In this document: in pieces, positions 1 through 16,399 of the stretch
How positions within the stretch are numbered: the stretch's first letter is position 1
How the letters are laid out: every line of letters begins with the position of its first letter
NCBI RefSeq assembly: GCF_009914755.1
Contig: NC_060928.1
Source: the human T2T-CHM13v2.0 reference genome, Homo sapiens
Direction: 5' to 3' (one strand)
DNA: 64,000 nucleotides
Notes under the pieces: model-generated
Seen by the model: the letters and a program-made list of their open reading frames with translations, nothing else
What the model was told of the DNA's origin: nothing
Database searches by the model: none
Position numbers and translations under genes: made by a program

Positions 1-264
1 CAGAGGGGGCATTCCAGGCAGAGGGAAGAGCCTTTGCAAAGGACATGGTGTTTGAAAAGCAGGTGAGACGGTGCTGCTCAGCAAGGAAGGGTGCAAGAGG
101 GAAGGGCCAGGAAGAGGCTGGAGAGGGAGGCAGTGGCCAGATGATGGCCGGTGAAGGAGCTGGGGCCTCAGCAGGGAAGAAATTCGTGAAGTGCCCCCAG
201 TAGTGCCAATCAAGTCTGCAATACATATTGCTGTGGGCTGCTGAGCAGACGATAGACTGGAGGG

Positions 265-1609
<1,345 letters not shown>

Positions 1610-2155
1610 TCATTGAGTCTTCTGTGGGTGAAGGGTCCCCATGGCCCCTGCAAAGGAGTGGCATGGTATATAAATGTTACAATTGAGAGAGACTCAGGGT
1701 GTTAGCGGAAGGGGAAGCTGGTAGCAGGTAGGGTTTGCTAATGGAGCTCTCAGAAGTGACGTCTGGCTGAGGAATGAGCCTCACAATTCAGACATGAGAA
1801 AAGGAAAGCTCTTCTCTTTATGAAACCCAGTTCAGCAATAGGCCCGGCAGCCTCTGCTGGTACCCCAGGGAAGCACTGATTTCCTCTCCCGTTTAATTGC
1901 TCGGAAGGGCTTTTATGCTTAGGGACTTGCCCCTCTCGGCTCTGTGGTACAGAAACTGCTGAATCCCAGGCTTCTCCACAGAGCACCCGCCCTAACCCCA
2001 GCCAGTCTGCTTGAATGGGTGGGCTACTCCCCCGACCCCAGCCTTCATCCCCTCTGGAAGGTGGAGTTGGGAGGAGGGCAGTGGGGACCAGATTCTGGAA
2101 TGATGCACCTTTAACTTGTGTAAATTGCATTAGCTTAAGTAATACATGGGTCTCC

Positions 2156-2481
2156 GGCCGGGCGTGGTGGTTCACGCCTGTAATCCCAGCACTTTGGGAG
2201 GCCGAGGGTGGGCGGATCACGAGGTCAGGAGATTGAGACCATCCTGGCCAACATGGTGAAACCCTGTCTCTACTAAAAATACAAAAATTAGCTGGGCATG
2301 GTGGCGGGTGCCTGTAATCCCAGCTACTCAGGAGGCTGAGGCAGGAGAATTGCCTGAACCAGGGAGATTCTCCGAGCCTGAACCAGGCTCGGAGATTGCG
2401 GTGAGCCGAGGTTGTGCCACTGTACTCCAGCCTGGTGACAGAGTGAGACTCCCTCTCAAATAAACAAATAAATAAATAAAA
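2156..2481 (+). mobile_element. Alu with an internal palindromic insertion
   Basis: Full dimer, (AAAT)n tail, TSD-like ATGGGTCTC. Confidence 0.92.
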
Positions 2482-3341
2482 TGGGTCTCATCTCCAGGCA
2501 GTGGGGCAGCCTGGGAACCCAGAAAGGGGAGTGAGGTGGATCACAGCAAGGAGAGGCCAAAAAAAAACAGGGTAGGGGAGGGCCCTCCACAGGCACAAAA
2601 TGAAGGCAGCTTAGGGATGGCTGCTTTGGGAGGGACAAGGGAAGGGACCCAGCTGGCCTTCCTTCGGGGCCAGAAAGAAGTGTACCTGCTAAAGGCATGG
2701 CCAGAAGCAATGGAGCACACGCAGTGTTCCCAGGGGGACGGAGACCATCTGGGGAGCCTCGAGAACCAAGGCTGACAGGAAGCAGCCTCCCCGACAGGGA
2801 ACACCGGGCTCCACCATCTAGGACACAGCCAGCTGTTACCCTCACTAGCACGGTGGAGTGCTGTCCACACAGTCCTGTCCACACAGTTGGACCCACCTGT
2901 CCACACAGTTGGAGCCCAGGGGTCCAGTGTCAGTCCTGGTGACCTATTGAGGGAGGTGGGTATTTGGAAGGAGGTAGCCTTGCAGGACCACCCCTGGTCC
3001 CCCGTCCAACCTGCCACCTGCTCCTCCCAGGCACATGAGGGGCTTCTCTGATTGGTAAGATACCCGGCTGCCGGTGGCCCACTGTAAGGTGACCTGCACA
3101 CCAAGCTCTGCTCCTGGCCTCTGGGCAGGCTTGCTCAGAAACACTCCCAGGCAAGATGATGCATCTTATCACAAGCCAGAGTGTGGGGTGTGGAGTGGCA
3201 TGAGTGACTGGGTCTCTCACCCAGTCGTTGACAGCTGGGTAATCCTGAGCAAGTTACATAGCCTCTCTCTGTGCCTCAGTTTCCTCATTCATAAAGTGGG
3301 GACTCAGGAAGGATTGGCCTCCTAGGATTCTCTGAGGACCC

Positions 3342-3763
3342 TGTGGGGATAAGAGCGACTTTATTTTAAATCCTAATCCAGCATGTGACTCCTGACTAAC
3401 CCAAGTCCGGGAATGCCTCCAAGATGTCGAGTTGATGTATTGCTCTTTATGTAGAAACACCTCTTCACCAGCCTTTCCTCCAAAACAACCCTTGGTGTTG
3501 CATACACGATGGGCTGTGACGCCTGCAGCCACCTACACATTCCTTCCAGAGCACGTATACTTTTTCTCCAATCTGTGGGTCTGTGCGGTTGTGGTGCAGA
3601 GATCTGCTGTCTTGTGGCTGCCCGAGACCACATTTCTGTTTGTTAAGTTCCCCCTCATAAATCACCCTTTACTGAGAAACTGGATTTGTCTGCCTCTTTC
3701 TTTGGTTTCTTGGCTCCCTCTGCATTTGGGGACCAATTTGCATATACGGCCTTTTCAGGAAAC
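3342..3763 (+). mobile_element. Solo LTR (LTR47-like)
   Basis: TG...CA-bounded ~420 bp segment with ATAAGAGCGACTTTATTTTAAAT...GTCCGGGAATGCCTCCAAGATGTC. Family assigned from memory. Confidence 0.5.
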
Positions 3764-4023
3764 AGGCCCCACGTGGTCAGAGAGGAAGAAATGCCTGCTG
3801 TGATGATTCTCTTCTTCACCTCCCATGGGGGCTCCCGGGCCAGGCCCCAGGCCTGGGCTGGAGGTGGGCCTGGAGACCCATGCCCCTGGGCTCACAAGCA
3901 GACTTTGTCCCATGCAGCTGCCTCTTCTTCACCCCGCACGGCCAGCTATGACCCTGGAAGGACCTAGGTCCAGGTTTGGGACGAGGATGGGGGTGGGCCA
4001 CAGTGGAAAACTTTTCTGATCTA

Positions 4024-4358
<335 letters not shown>

Positions 4359-4501
4359 TACACTGAGCAATATCTTCCAACTCAGTCATTCCGGAAGCTC
4401 TGCATTTCAGGATTTGGGGACTGGTGCATTAGGGAAACTGATCCTTTCCCTGGGCCATGATCCCTCTCCTCATGCTGGTTCTCAGCTCAGAACCCAGAGG
4501 G

Positions 4502-5135
<634 letters not shown>

Positions 5136-6384
5136 TTAAGTGCAGCCCAAGTGGTCAGCAAAGTCCACCAGACTCTGCCAGCCCTGATGCCCTCTGGGCT
5201 CCCCCTCTTCCTCCTCTCCTGGCGAGCATCTCTCCTCCCGCTTCTCTTTACCCATGGCCTCTGCTGGCTCAGGCTTCTGGCTGAGTGTTCCCTGCTTTGC
5301 CCACCCCCCATCAACTCCCTGAGTGTTTCATGACCTCCCTGGGAGGGCTTCGGATCGGGTAGATCAATGTCCACATAGAGCAAAGTCTCTCCATGGGGCA
5401 CAGCTGTTGCCCTGGGCCACTAGGGATCCACTCTGCCGATGGCTCAGGGGCCATCCTTGATCTGATCACCTGTGCTGGGGACAGCAGGTCACAGAGGAGA
5501 ACATGGTGCTGTGTGGGTGAAAGCCCTCCAGGAGGGGGCACTGAACATAACAGAGACTTGGGGGGTATGGGGGCCAGGCTGGAGCCAGCGTGCAGATCTG
5601 CGTGGATGAATAAGTGAATGGCTCACCCACAGAGGACGGTGGCCAGGGCAGGGGAGGGCTCCAAGTGAGTTCACACCAAGAGCCACCGAAGGCACTGGGG
5701 CTTGGACTTGGGGAAGAGAAGATACCCGTGTAGCCTCGGCTGTAGCTGGTAAGGCTTGCTCCCGGTTTTCATCCTCCCTCTTCTCAGACAGACGAATGCC
5801 TGTGCTCCCTAGACCCTTTTGCAGCTGGGCAGGGTCATGTGACTAGTTCCAACCACTAGAGGTGACATGTGTCACTTTTGAACCAAACACTAAGACCCGT
5901 GTGAGATTTGTCACGTTCTCTTGCCTGGCTGCAGTGAATTCTGAAGCTTTTGGTTCAGATTTAAGTAGCTTGGAATGCACAGCTGCCCTGGGGAGAAGGG
6001 CTGAGGATGGAGGCCCTGCAGGCACCGATGTCTCCCTGCCCATCTCTCTCGGGAGTTCCTCACACAGGCCCAGGTTGGTGCTGATCCGGGAAGGTTGGTG
6101 CCACCGTCAGACATGAAGACTGGCATGGAAGACTGAGCCAAACCGGCTTAGAACCTGGGGCTCTGAGATTCAGATGGCAGACGTCATGGGCCTGGAGGGC
6201 AAGAACTGTGCCAAGCACACCCCTGCACCCAGGACAGTGCCAGGCACAGATGCATGCTCAGCAAGTGCATTCTCAATTGATCCTATAGACCAGGCACCAA
6301 TGAACACTTGTTGCGAGACAAGAGTGACAGATCCCAAGGCCTGTGGACATGCATGTCTCAGCTTAGGGCAGCAGCGGTTTCTAA

Positions 6385-6578
6385 TCCTCAGGGTGCTGCA
6401 CTGTCTAGTATGCAGCCAGTAGCCACACGTGGCTCCTTAACTCTAAATGAGTTACATTGAAATCTCCGTTCCACTCGCATTGGCTGCATTTCAAGCGCTG
6501 GTGGCTGCCGTGTTGGACAGTGTGGATGTAGAATGTCCTCGTCATCACAGGCAGTGCGATAGGACGGTGCCATGCTAG
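6385..6578. mobile_element. MER3-like hAT-Charlie DNA transposon remnant
   Basis: GCACTGTCTAGTATGCAGCCAGTAGCCACACGTGGCT...CATTTCAAG...TTGGACAG motifs. Confidence 0.55.
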
Positions 6579-6734
6579 AAGCACGAACGCCATAAGACTC
6601 TTTGGGGAAAGCACAGAAACCAGATGGACTCCAGCCTTGCTACGAAATACTCCAAAGATATTCCCAGTTCATAGAGCGTGGTTACAAAATCGTCAGTCCT
6701 CTCGGGCTTAGGGTTTGATGGAGGGAAACGGTCA

Positions 6735-7068
<334 letters not shown>

Positions 7069-7874
7069 AGAAACTGCTGATACACAGAGGGCATGAGGAG
7101 GTACTGTGAGGAGGGTGGGGATGGGTGGCAATTTGGAAAGTCAGCAGAGGGCCCTGTATGACAGGGGAGTTTCTGAGTCGAACTGAGAAGGAAGGGAGGG
7201 GCCCTGTGTTGAGAAGAAGCAGAGCTCCCCCAGGAGGGAGATCATGGGTGAAAGCCGGAAGGCTTGGTGTCTGCAGAACTCAGAGAGAGCCACAGTTTGG
7301 GGCTGTGACCATGGGGACTTTCCTTCCACTCTTTTCCTTGGCCCTGTGCTCAGCCATAACCAGCCACCGAATTTTCCAGAACCTGGGAGGCTGTTTCCAG
7401 CCTCAGCGCCTCCGCTACTGCTGTTCCAGCTGCCCGGGATGCCCTTCCCTTACTGGGGAGGTATTTATTCCCTTACCTCCCATTTATCAAGACTTAGTTT
7501 GGGCAGCATCTTGCCCAGAAAGCCTCCCCTGACCTAGGGGTGTATTTGGGGCCAGCTCCACAGAGCAGCGATCAGCCTGGCTGCCCTTGTCTCCCCAGCC
7601 TCCGGGGCAGGTGCGTATCAGGTTTCCCTCATCACTGCCATCAGCAGAGGGCCTGGCCCTGGTGAGGGCCCAGGAATGTGTCAGTGCAAGCTGCCTCTGG
7701 GGAATGTCCTACAGGGCCCTAATGCAGACACTTGGCCCCTCCCCAAGGCCTCACCTGCCCCATGCGCACACCCAGCATTGAGCCTGGAGCGGGTGCCCTC
7801 CGCAAGCACTGCTTGCAGAAGGGGCCTTGCCTTTAAAATCACACAAGTTCATAACAAGTGATCTTGTACTTCCG

Positions 7875-9541
7875 CAAGTTATAATGCATCGTCTTTTATT
7901 TTCCAGGCTTCCTGGGATCAGATATGACATTGCACTAATGAGAAATGGGGGTTTCCAGTTGCTCAGGCTCAGATTGCGCAATGGCAGGAAGCATATTAGG
8001 TGCTAAAAACTCCCCCTCCCTAGCCGAGCTGGGCGGGTGAGAAGCCGAGTGCGAAACGGGACTTGGCGTGTCATGGGCGCTAAGGAAACGGAGTAAGGCC
8101 GACTCACAGGCAGGAACATCGGGACACACACAAAGAGGCAACACCCACTGCGGACGGGGAAACAGACTTTGGTGTTTCATCCACCTCTCAGCGCGCTTAT
8201 CAGCATCCTGTGACGGCCGGTGCTGCACCCTAACACACACCTAATGACAGACACCAACGCCTTCGCTTGGGGAGCCCGGCCAGCCTCCTGCTCCGGGATG
8301 CCCTGCTGGCTTCAAAGATGAGAAGAGCCACATCTCCATCCTATCTCCATCCTATCTCCATCCTTCTCTCCCCAACAGCGTGTGGTTGTCTGTTTCAGGG
8401 AGCACATCGCTCCTGGGGCATGTGGGGTTTATGTTTCAGGCTGAGACACCGCCAGCCACAGCACAAGGACGGTGCATCAAGAGCTACGTCGGGTATTAGG
8501 CAGGGTACGTGGAAACCCTTGATTCCAGGGCTTTGGCCATCAGAGGAGGATGTTTTCTCCCCAAGACTTGGAAAAATAACAGCAAGGAAAACAGTGGTGG
8601 CTATACCTCACATGTATTTACAAAGCGTTCTTTAGAGGGGTCTGTCTTTAAGGTTACCTGTGTGACGAGAAAAAGAAAAAAGAAAAAGAAAAGAAACTAG
8701 ACAGGGAGCTCTGTGTATGAGGACCACACCAAGAACAGACTGAAACCACACAGATCCGAGCGGTGGAGAATAAGGCTGGAGGCCGCTCCCCTGCGGAGGG
8801 ACCGTAAAATTAAACTCTATATATGTCATCTCGCGTTTAAGTAGGCTATACTTTTTAATAAAATAAAAACTTCTGTGTTACTTTAAAGATATTGTGTAGG
8901 CATCTAGGGGTCGATCTGGAGGAGGAACGCAGCGCATGGAGGGGCGCTGGCGGAAGGTGCCCTGTCTTGTCCCTTGTTGACATTTGTCCCTAAAGAGACC
9001 CATCACAGACGCCTGCAAAAATCACACACCCCACTCTTGGCACTGTCCCAGACGCTCACTGCCCCGTCTGCGAGTCTGCCTGTGAGGCCAGGCTGCCCAG
9101 GCTCTGAAGGGCCGTGTGCCCACCCCCGATGATGGTGTCAGCACCCGTCATCAACAAGCCTCACAGCTCACGTCCCGGCCACCTCTGTCCCCCACGTGCC
9201 CAGCACCGGGGCCAGGGCACCTCGAGAACGCTGGGAAGGTGGGCTGGGCTGCAGCCACCTGTGTGCTCCATCTGATGCCCGACACAGCCACTCTACAGCC
9301 TCTCCCTGACACCAAGCCACAGCGGGGAAGGGTGGCGTGAAGCTAGCCGTCTCGGCCCTAAACTACCGGCAGGAGTGTCGCCGGCAGGTGCAGGGGCCGC
9401 ACCTGCTGGGGGACCCCCTCCCGCCCACCCCATGGACACAGAGAAGCCAGAGCAAGGTGTGTGGGAGGGGTGTGTGCGGTTCTCGCCAGGGGCCCCTGGC
9501 CTCGGCGCCCGGCACACACCAGTGGGGCAGGCTGGCAGCCG
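7875..9541 (-). other. ABLIM2: ABLIM2 3'UTR (~1.67 kb; distal end approximate)
   Basis: Sequence free of obvious interspersed repeats between the stop codon and a canonical poly(A) signal. Confidence 0.75.
7895..7900 (-). terminator. Polyadenylation signal AATAAA (probable main ABLIM2 site)
   Basis: tttatt on the + strand. A GU/U-rich stretch (CTTGTTATGAACTTGTGTGATTTT) follows on the - strand. Confidence 0.75.
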
Positions 9542-9688
<147 letters not shown>

Positions 9689-10944
9689 TTAGCCACGCAG
9701 CAAGGGACACCATTGGGCAGTTTGCTGCCGCCAAGCAATCCAGGGGCAGGATTGCATTGAGGATGGGGTGGCCCTCAGCGTGCTCGGCCTCCTGGCGGTT
9801 CCTGACACCCTCTCTGCAGTGAAAGAACTGAGCTCAGAGGACAGCGACCCTGCCAGGGACACACAGCACCCAGTGGTGGAGCTGGAGCCAGAATCTTCTG
9901 CTCTTGACTCCTACAAAGGTATCTGCTGCTGTGGACCAAGTTCATTAACATGTCCCAGAGCAGGACCCCCACCTGCGTGCAAATGTCTGAGCTTTTATAG
10001 ATTTCCTTCAGTGGTCATATTTGTTACTTCAGTGAGTGGTCACAGCTGCCATCCGAGAGCAGGAGGTGGAAGGTTTACCCCCGGGACTTCGTAGCCCAGG
10101 AGGGTGGGGCGCGGACAGTGAGCAAGAATGCCAGGCACGGCCCAGGCCCAGGCGCAAATCCTCCCTCCACCGGAAGCCCCTGGTGTGTAAGCGTGAGAGA
10201 GCTGTTGTGCCTCTCTGAGCTCAGCTTCTTGTCTGTGGTCACCGTGGAAAGGCACACAGCTTGGTGGTCAGGGCGTGGATACCAGTGCTTCTGGGATGCC
10301 ATAGGAGTGAGTTAGACCCTGGAGCCTCAGTCTGCTCATCTGTGTAATGGGGTCCCCTAGAGCCCACACCCTGGAGCTGTGGGGAGGAAGGCGTGGACAT
10401 AGGTCAGCACTGGCTGTGGACTGTACCCGTGGGTGCTGGCTGCATGTGTTAGTATGACCTCAGCCACCGCAAGCTCTGTGGAGCTCCTTGCCAAGCAGCC
10501 ACCTGCCTTCTAGCTCTGCCTTGCAGGGCCTGCAACCCCTACTCTCCTGCCTGTCTTCCTCAGCAGGCTCTGAGAAACCCCGCATCCCTCAGAGCTGGCT
10601 CAGGCGTCCCCTCCCCTAAGGAGCTTTTCTAGGGAGCCTGGGACTTTCCATCCACGGGGATGCTTCCCTTTGCTCCCCTCGCCTCGCCTGGGCGGGGCTG
10701 AGAGGAGGAACTGGAAAGAGGCTGGAGAAGGCCAGTGACAGGAAGAGGCCAGGCTCTGCCCTGAATCACCATCTGCTGCCTTCTGAAAAGCGTGGCTTCA
10801 GTGCAGCTCTGTGGGGAGTTTTCTGTAGTTCTGCGACACACTCCACACAGTTATCATATGCCCCAGCCATCCACTCTTGGACAGACACCCGGAGGAATGG
10901 AAAACAGGGACTCAGAGAGATGATGGTCGCCCATGTTCCTAGCA

Positions 10945-11410
10945 GCATTACTCTAAATCACTGCAATGTGGAAACAAACCAGGTGTCCATCAATGGACGA
11001 ATAGATACACAGAATGTGACATGTCCATGTGACGGAATAGCCTTCAGCCTTAAAAGGTCGTGAAGTTCCGACACATGCCACAGCATGGATGAGCCCCAAA
11101 CACAGTGGCTCCATGAAGGAAGCCAGACACCAAAGACCACATAGTATATGATTCCACTTCTCTGAAGTGTCCGGAACAGGCAAGTCCATAGAGACAGAGC
11201 ATGGATTCGTGGTCGCCAGGGACTGGGGGAGAGAGGAATGGGGAGGGACTGTTTAACGGATATGGGGTTTCCTCTTGTGGTGAAGAAAATGTTCCGGAGC
11301 TGGAATGTTCCGGAGTTGGAATGTTCCGGAGCTGGAGAGTGGGGTTGGTGGCACAATGTTGTGAATACACTGAACTGTACTGAATGGTACACTTTAAAAT
11401 GGTTAAAATG
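10945..11410 (+). mobile_element. Old L1 (L1M-type) 3' fragment
   Basis: GGAAACAAACCAGGTGTCCATCAATGGACGAATAGATA...TATGATTCCACTT...ACAGGCAAGTCCATAGAGACAGA...TACACTTTAAAATGG resembles the L1M ORF2 end and 3'UTR. Confidence 0.75.
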
Positions 11411-12029
<619 letters not shown>

Positions 12030-12260
12030 TCAAGTGCTATATTAGAATCACTGTGATTAGCAAAAGAGAAAATGGAAGTGGAGACATCTGGTCAACTATG
12101 AAAAGTGTAAACCATTGCCACTCACGCATTTCACAAGAATCACCAAATCTGTGTGGTATGCCCTGGATTTTGCAGCCCCAGTAGTTGGGGTGATCTGGAG
12201 GAGGGACTCAGGAAATCCCCCAGAATGCCATGTTTTAGTTGAATCTGGGCTCAGAGTCAG

Positions 12261-12281
12261 TCTCTCTTTCTCTCTCTCTCT

Positions 12282-12339
<58 letters not shown>
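12261..12339. repeat. Compound (CT)n-(CA)~28 microsatellite
   Basis: Read directly from the sequence. Confidence 0.95.
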
Positions 12340-12340
<1 letters not shown>

Positions 12341-15300
12341 CCTATCCAGCAAGTCTGCCAGGAAGAGGCCCTCAGCCGCCTGCTGCTATCTCGAGTTTGC
12401 AAAGAGGAAAAGAATCCTGGTGCTTGCCAGAAATGAACCACTTGCGTGGTGCTGAGATCAGGGTTTCTTGGTGCTGAGAAATCCATCAGCCAGTCCACAG
12501 AAACTTAGAATTGTCATTTCAGACCGCGTCTCTTAAGACATTTGACACTCAATGTGTCATTTAAGATAGCAGCCCTGCACTTACAGGTACAAAATCACCA
12601 TCTTCTGAATTATGGTGGAACAATCAAGACGGATGAGATCAAAGGAAAGAAAAAGGAAAATCATTTCTAGCTTTATCCAAGACCTGGTGATACCAGACCT
12701 TGTTCCAGACATGGAAAGTCAGAGACACAAGGCCCCTGGCAGGGGTAGGCTGGGGTGGTGAACTGACACGTAAGTAAATATGTAAAGGAGGGGAGGCTGA
12801 CACCGGAAGGGCGAGGAGAGTTCAGTGCTGGTGCCTGGGGCAGGCCTCCCTGTGGCCACATTCCTGCTTCCTGCTGGGGGAGGCTAAGGGAGGGGCGCAA
12901 AGGTGCTGGTGGGCAGAGGGAAGGTGTCAAGGGGGTGGTGTGCCCCCTGCCATCTGCAATCGTGTACTTAAAGGGAGGAGGACTGGTGAGTGAGTGGTCT
13001 CTTGGGTTTAGCTGGCATCAGGTCTTTGCTGGAGGAGGGAGGAGTGGAGAGGGAGCGGATGGTGGGCAGGCGTGCCCCGCATGCTGGGGAAGGAGAGAAG
13101 GGCAGGCTTGAGGATGACACCATGTGCTCCAGGCTGTGGGAGCCTCTGGGGAGGGCGATTCGAGGAAGACTTGGAGCTGGCGGGCAAGCAGGAAGGCTGG
13201 CAGGGTGTTGGGAGGTGGGTGTGGGAAGCAGAGGTGCCCTTGGGGATGACTGTGGGGGGGCGGTGGAGGGAGCATCTGGGTGGCTTCTGAAGTTGCTGGG
13301 AATGGTTACCTTCTCTGGGAGTGTGGCACTGGGACTGGGACGCTCCATCACCAGAGGCCCTGGGGAGCAGCCTGGTTGGGCAGACCACAGCAACAGGGAG
13401 GGGCCGGGGGTGTCCCGAGCATGTGGGCTGGGCCAGGCCACTCGTATGTGGCCTACAGGGCCCAGGACTTGGGGCCAGGGGTCTAGGGGGCTGACAGGGA
13501 CCACCTCCCCGCAGGCTCCAGTCCTGTTTTCTGTCTGCAGCGTGAGAGAACTTGGTTGCCTGGGTATCCGGAAGGCTGGGTGAGGGTCACATGAGGGGCT
13601 CTCCGCAGCAGGGGGTCTGTTCATAACTCTGGGCTCCAGCTGTGGAATTCTGAGTGTCACACCTCACCTGGCTGAGTCTCCACTGCCTCCTAGGTGAGAG
13701 GGGCTCAAAGGTCCTTACTCTGTGGCCAGCTGCAAAACTGGCATTCAATCTCACTCAGGGCCAGAGGCAGGCAGGCTTTCTCCATGGGTCTGCCAGGGCA
13801 GGCAGGGTGGGTGAGGCCCAGCTGACCCCAGAGACTGGGCCAGCTTTCTGGCCTCAAGCCAGCTCCTCTGACCCCAGGTTCCTGAAGGCCCTGCAGGAGT
13901 GCACCTCACCCCCAGGGCCCGCGCAGGACAAGCACAGCTGGAAGGAAGGAAGCCTGGGGTGGGGGTCTTTGCAGAGGGTGGGGCGGCCTCACTGCTGAGG
14001 TGCACTGGTTTCCCCAGGGAACATCCTGCAGGGAGGCATTTTTGCAGCATGGCAGGGGGACTGCCTCAGGAGGCTCAGGCTCAGAGAGGTTGTGTGACTT
14101 GCCCAAGGTCACATAGCCAGGAAGTGGCAGAGCCAGACCTGGGAGCCAGGTTAGGTGGCTTGACCTTTCCTCCACCCTTACTTCCTGCCTCCCACCTGGA
14201 CCTCCAGGGCCATCTCAGGTTTGCGGTGAAGCCTCAGGGACCTATGCCACCTCCACTCCATCAGGGACAGGTTGCCCTGGCCTACCCCCCTACCAACCTC
14301 CAGCCCTAAGTCCCCTCAGGGTACTCCCAGCTTCCCTGACCCCACCAAGCTCAGAGGTACCCCTGGGAGGGACTCTGACACCTCCTTCCTCCACACAGCC
14401 CACCAGTCACAGCCACCCCTCTGTACCAGCACAGGGCTGGCTGACCGGGTGGGCCTCAGGTCCTAGCCCTGCTCAGCCTGGGCCCCCAGGGCCAGCAAGG
14501 GGCCACTTTTCTCCCAAGGCCTGGGCTCCGTGGTGCATCCCACCGGCTCACACTGCCTTGGCCTGCACAAGGAGGCCCTGCATACAGGGGTGAGTCTTGC
14601 TTAAGCCGGGCCCAGGCCCGGAAGCTCCAGCCCTCCCAGCAGGAGGTCCCTGCAGGACCTACAGTGACATCACTGTCATAATGACGGTGGCCATTGCCCC
14701 TCCAGGAGAGCCTTCCCTCCATACCCCGGGACCTCTTCCACAGCCTATGGGGCACAGAGGGGACAGCGGCTTAGCGGGGCAATGACGTGGCTGTCAGGTG
14801 GCCCCAGGGCCCTGCCCCTCCACAGCCTTGCACGCCTCTTCTCCACTCCTCTGCTGCGTGGTGTACTGTGAAAGCCCAGGGGAAGCACCATGCAGTGCTC
14901 CCTCTCCCATTCACCAGCAGCTCTTCGTCATCCTACTGGTCCTGACTCAAGTGTCCCCTCCTCCTGGAGGCCCTCCTAGATTGCGCTCACCAAGCAGGCC
15001 CTGGGGCTATGCTGTGTCCCTCAAGGCTGAGTCAGTGCTGACCTTCTCTGGCTCTCAGCACCATGAGGGTGGGCACAGGCCTGTCTGCTCACAGCACTGT
15101 CCCATCCTCACTGAGGGACAAGATGTCTGGTCTGCATTGTGAATCTGAATCTGGGCTGTCCCCTCTGCAGTGCTGCCTCCCAACACCTCCAGCTTCCACT
15201 GCCTGTCCTGCTCTCTGCTGTGGCGCCACGGGGGCTCCCCCGCCACTGTCCTGGCCTACGAGGCCCCTGCATTTGGCCTCTGCCTGCCACTCTCCTGACT

Positions 15301-15644
15301 CCCGACGCTTTCTCCCAGCCACACAGTTCTGCTTGTGTTTCTCTTCCTTGTCTTGGCCAGGGAGGCTGGGATTCTGGTGCAAACCCATCTCTCAGACACA
15401 CCCATGTGGCTCCAAACCTCCTATTGTCACCCTCAGTCTACCAGGACACACCCTCTCATCAGACCAGTTGGATGAGTTTAAACAAAGGAGATATTCTTTC
15501 ACTGTGGGGCCCTTATTTTTCAGGCGCATTCCAACAATTTGGGCTCTCACTGCTTGAGCAAACCCTGGTGTGCATTTGGCCTCAGGGCCTGGAAGACGAC
15601 AGTTCAAGAAACCACAGGACTCCAGCAATGAGCTGCTCCCCTTG

Positions 15645-15645
<1 letters not shown>

Positions 15646-15684
<39 letters not shown>
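15646..15684. repeat. (TG)n microsatellite
   Basis: Read directly from the sequence. Confidence 0.95.
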
Positions 15685-15686
<2 letters not shown>

Positions 15687-15800
15687 GGTGAGGGATGGCA
15701 AGTAGGAAAGGAATTCCAGGAAGAATAAAGTGCATGTGCAAAGGCCCTGGGGCAGGAGGAGCCTTGGCTGCTGGAGGAAGCATAAGAAAGCTGAGGTGTC

Positions 15801-16170
<370 letters not shown>

Positions 16171-16399
16171 TTAAGCAGTTTGGTTTTTAGCCTAAGAGCA
16201 ATGGCATTTATGACTAAGTGTGCAATTTACAAAAACTCCTGTGGCTACGGGGTTGTTTTCCTGCTAAGCCCTGCCCTGCCAAGCAAGCAGAAAGGTCTCA
16301 GAGTGTGAATCCACGAGCCATGGACCGGGAGGGCCTCAGGCCAGACAACAAGTCCCTTTCCACCCATCCACCTTGCGTTCTGAGATGGCTGAGCTGTAT

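Noticed and set aside
12968-13660. Overlapping 230-aa and 197-aa ORFs on opposite strands
   Set aside because: GC-rich, purine-skewed intronic sequence with no recognisable domain or splice context. ORFs this long occur by chance at this GC content.
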